From: Deltaproteobacteria bacterium
GTDB lineage: Bacteria > Desulfobacterota > Syntrophia > Syntrophales > UBA2192
Assembly: GCA_026388445.1 (NCBI GenBank)
Contig: JAPLJU010000247.1
Location: 1-34,359, forward strand
Length of the DNA stretch: 34,359 nt
Direction of reading: 5' to 3'
Shown: positions 34,025-34,359 of the stretch, piece by piece
Layout: each line of letters starts with the position of its first letter
Numbering within the stretch: the first letter of the stretch is position 1
Translations under genes and position numbers: made by a program
The notes under the pieces: generated by a model
What the model was told of the DNA's origin: nothing
What the model saw: only the letters and a program-made list of their open reading frames with translations
Databases searched by the model: none

Positions 34025-34359
34025 ATGTTATTGGGCAAAACAGTCGTCCTGGGCGTCACGGGCAGTATCGCGGCTTGGCAGACCCCTGAAATCGTCGGGC
34101 AGTTGAAAGATCTGCTGATCAATGTCCATTGCATCATGACAAGATCCGCCACGGAATTTATCACGCCGCTTACCCTGCAGGTTGCCTCGCAGAATCCCGT
34201 ATTCGTGGAGATGTATGACGGGCGGGACGACGGGGGCATCGCCCATATCGCTCTGGCCGAGATCGCCGATCTGTTCTTGATCGCGCCTGCCACCGCCAAC
34301 ATGATCGGCAAGATGGCCAACGGCATTGCCGACGATCTCCTCTCGGCCACGGTCCTGGC
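34025..34359 (+). CDS. coaBC: HFCD-family flavoprotein, N-terminal 111 codons (CoaBC/Dfp-like phosphopantothenoylcysteine decarboxylase domain); runs off the window
   Basis: Absent from the track because it is open-ended. From ATG 34025: MLLGKTVVLGVTGSIAAWQTPEIVGQLKDLLINVHCIMTRSATEFITPLTLQ...HIALAEIADLFLIAPATANMIGKMANGIADDLLSATVL. This closely parallels the E. coli Dfp N-terminus. Confidence 0.75.
   Translation, partial: MLLGKTVVLGVTGSIAAWQTPEIVGQLKDLLINVHCIMTRSATEFITPLTLQVASQNPVFVEMYDGRDDGGIAHIALAEIADLFLIAPATANMIGKMANGIADDLLSATVL

Noticed and set aside
33841-34350. 169-aa minus-strand ORF at the right edge
   Set aside because: It is antisense to the clearly Dfp/HFCD-like plus-strand ORF that starts at 34025 and is open at the window end, so it is missing from the track.

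Overview
Window from a fairly GC-rich bacterial chromosome. Gene content suggests an anaerobic Desulfobacterota/deltaproteobacterial type, at low confidence. There are four parts. (1) 1-12.4 kb is a minus-strand housekeeping block: metG (partial), ricT/yaaT, holB, tmk, a ferredoxin, an Nfu-like protein and a lipoprotein. It continues into an isoprenoid/ExoVII operon, xseA-xseB-ispA-dxs-tlyA, ending in an IspH fused to a UbiA-like membrane domain. (2) 12.65-23.5 kb holds two diverged ~785-bp direct repeats. Each carries a type IV pilin gene, a terminator and the 3' end of tRNA-Ala, but only the right copy has the full tRNA. They bracket a ~9.3-kb insert that looks lower in GC by eye. The insert encodes one tightly coupled minus-strand operon with its own consensus promoter: excisionase-like HTH, RadC, an N6-adenine methylase with an N-terminal PD-(D/E)xK-like domain, an HsdS-like specificity subunit, an 897-aa PHP + Rad50/SMC-like ATPase, and an AlbA_2 (Schlafen-like) protein. 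There is no HsdR and no integrase. This is my best candidate for an undescribed restriction-like defence system. (3) 23.7-25.8 kb holds pilT, with a near-consensus sigma54 -24/-12 element upstream, and a TPR protein. (4) 25.8-34.4 kb starts with an ArsR-controlled permease/thiol-disulfide relay module. It continues with arsR-arsD-arsA, where arsA carries an internal deletion and frame change. Then come four small Cys-tailed proteins: an ArsD-like protein, an FmdB zinc ribbon and two YlbF/YmcA-like proteins, one frameshifted. The window ends in a partial CoaBC/HFCD-type flavoprotein. No rRNA, CRISPR array or transposase was seen.
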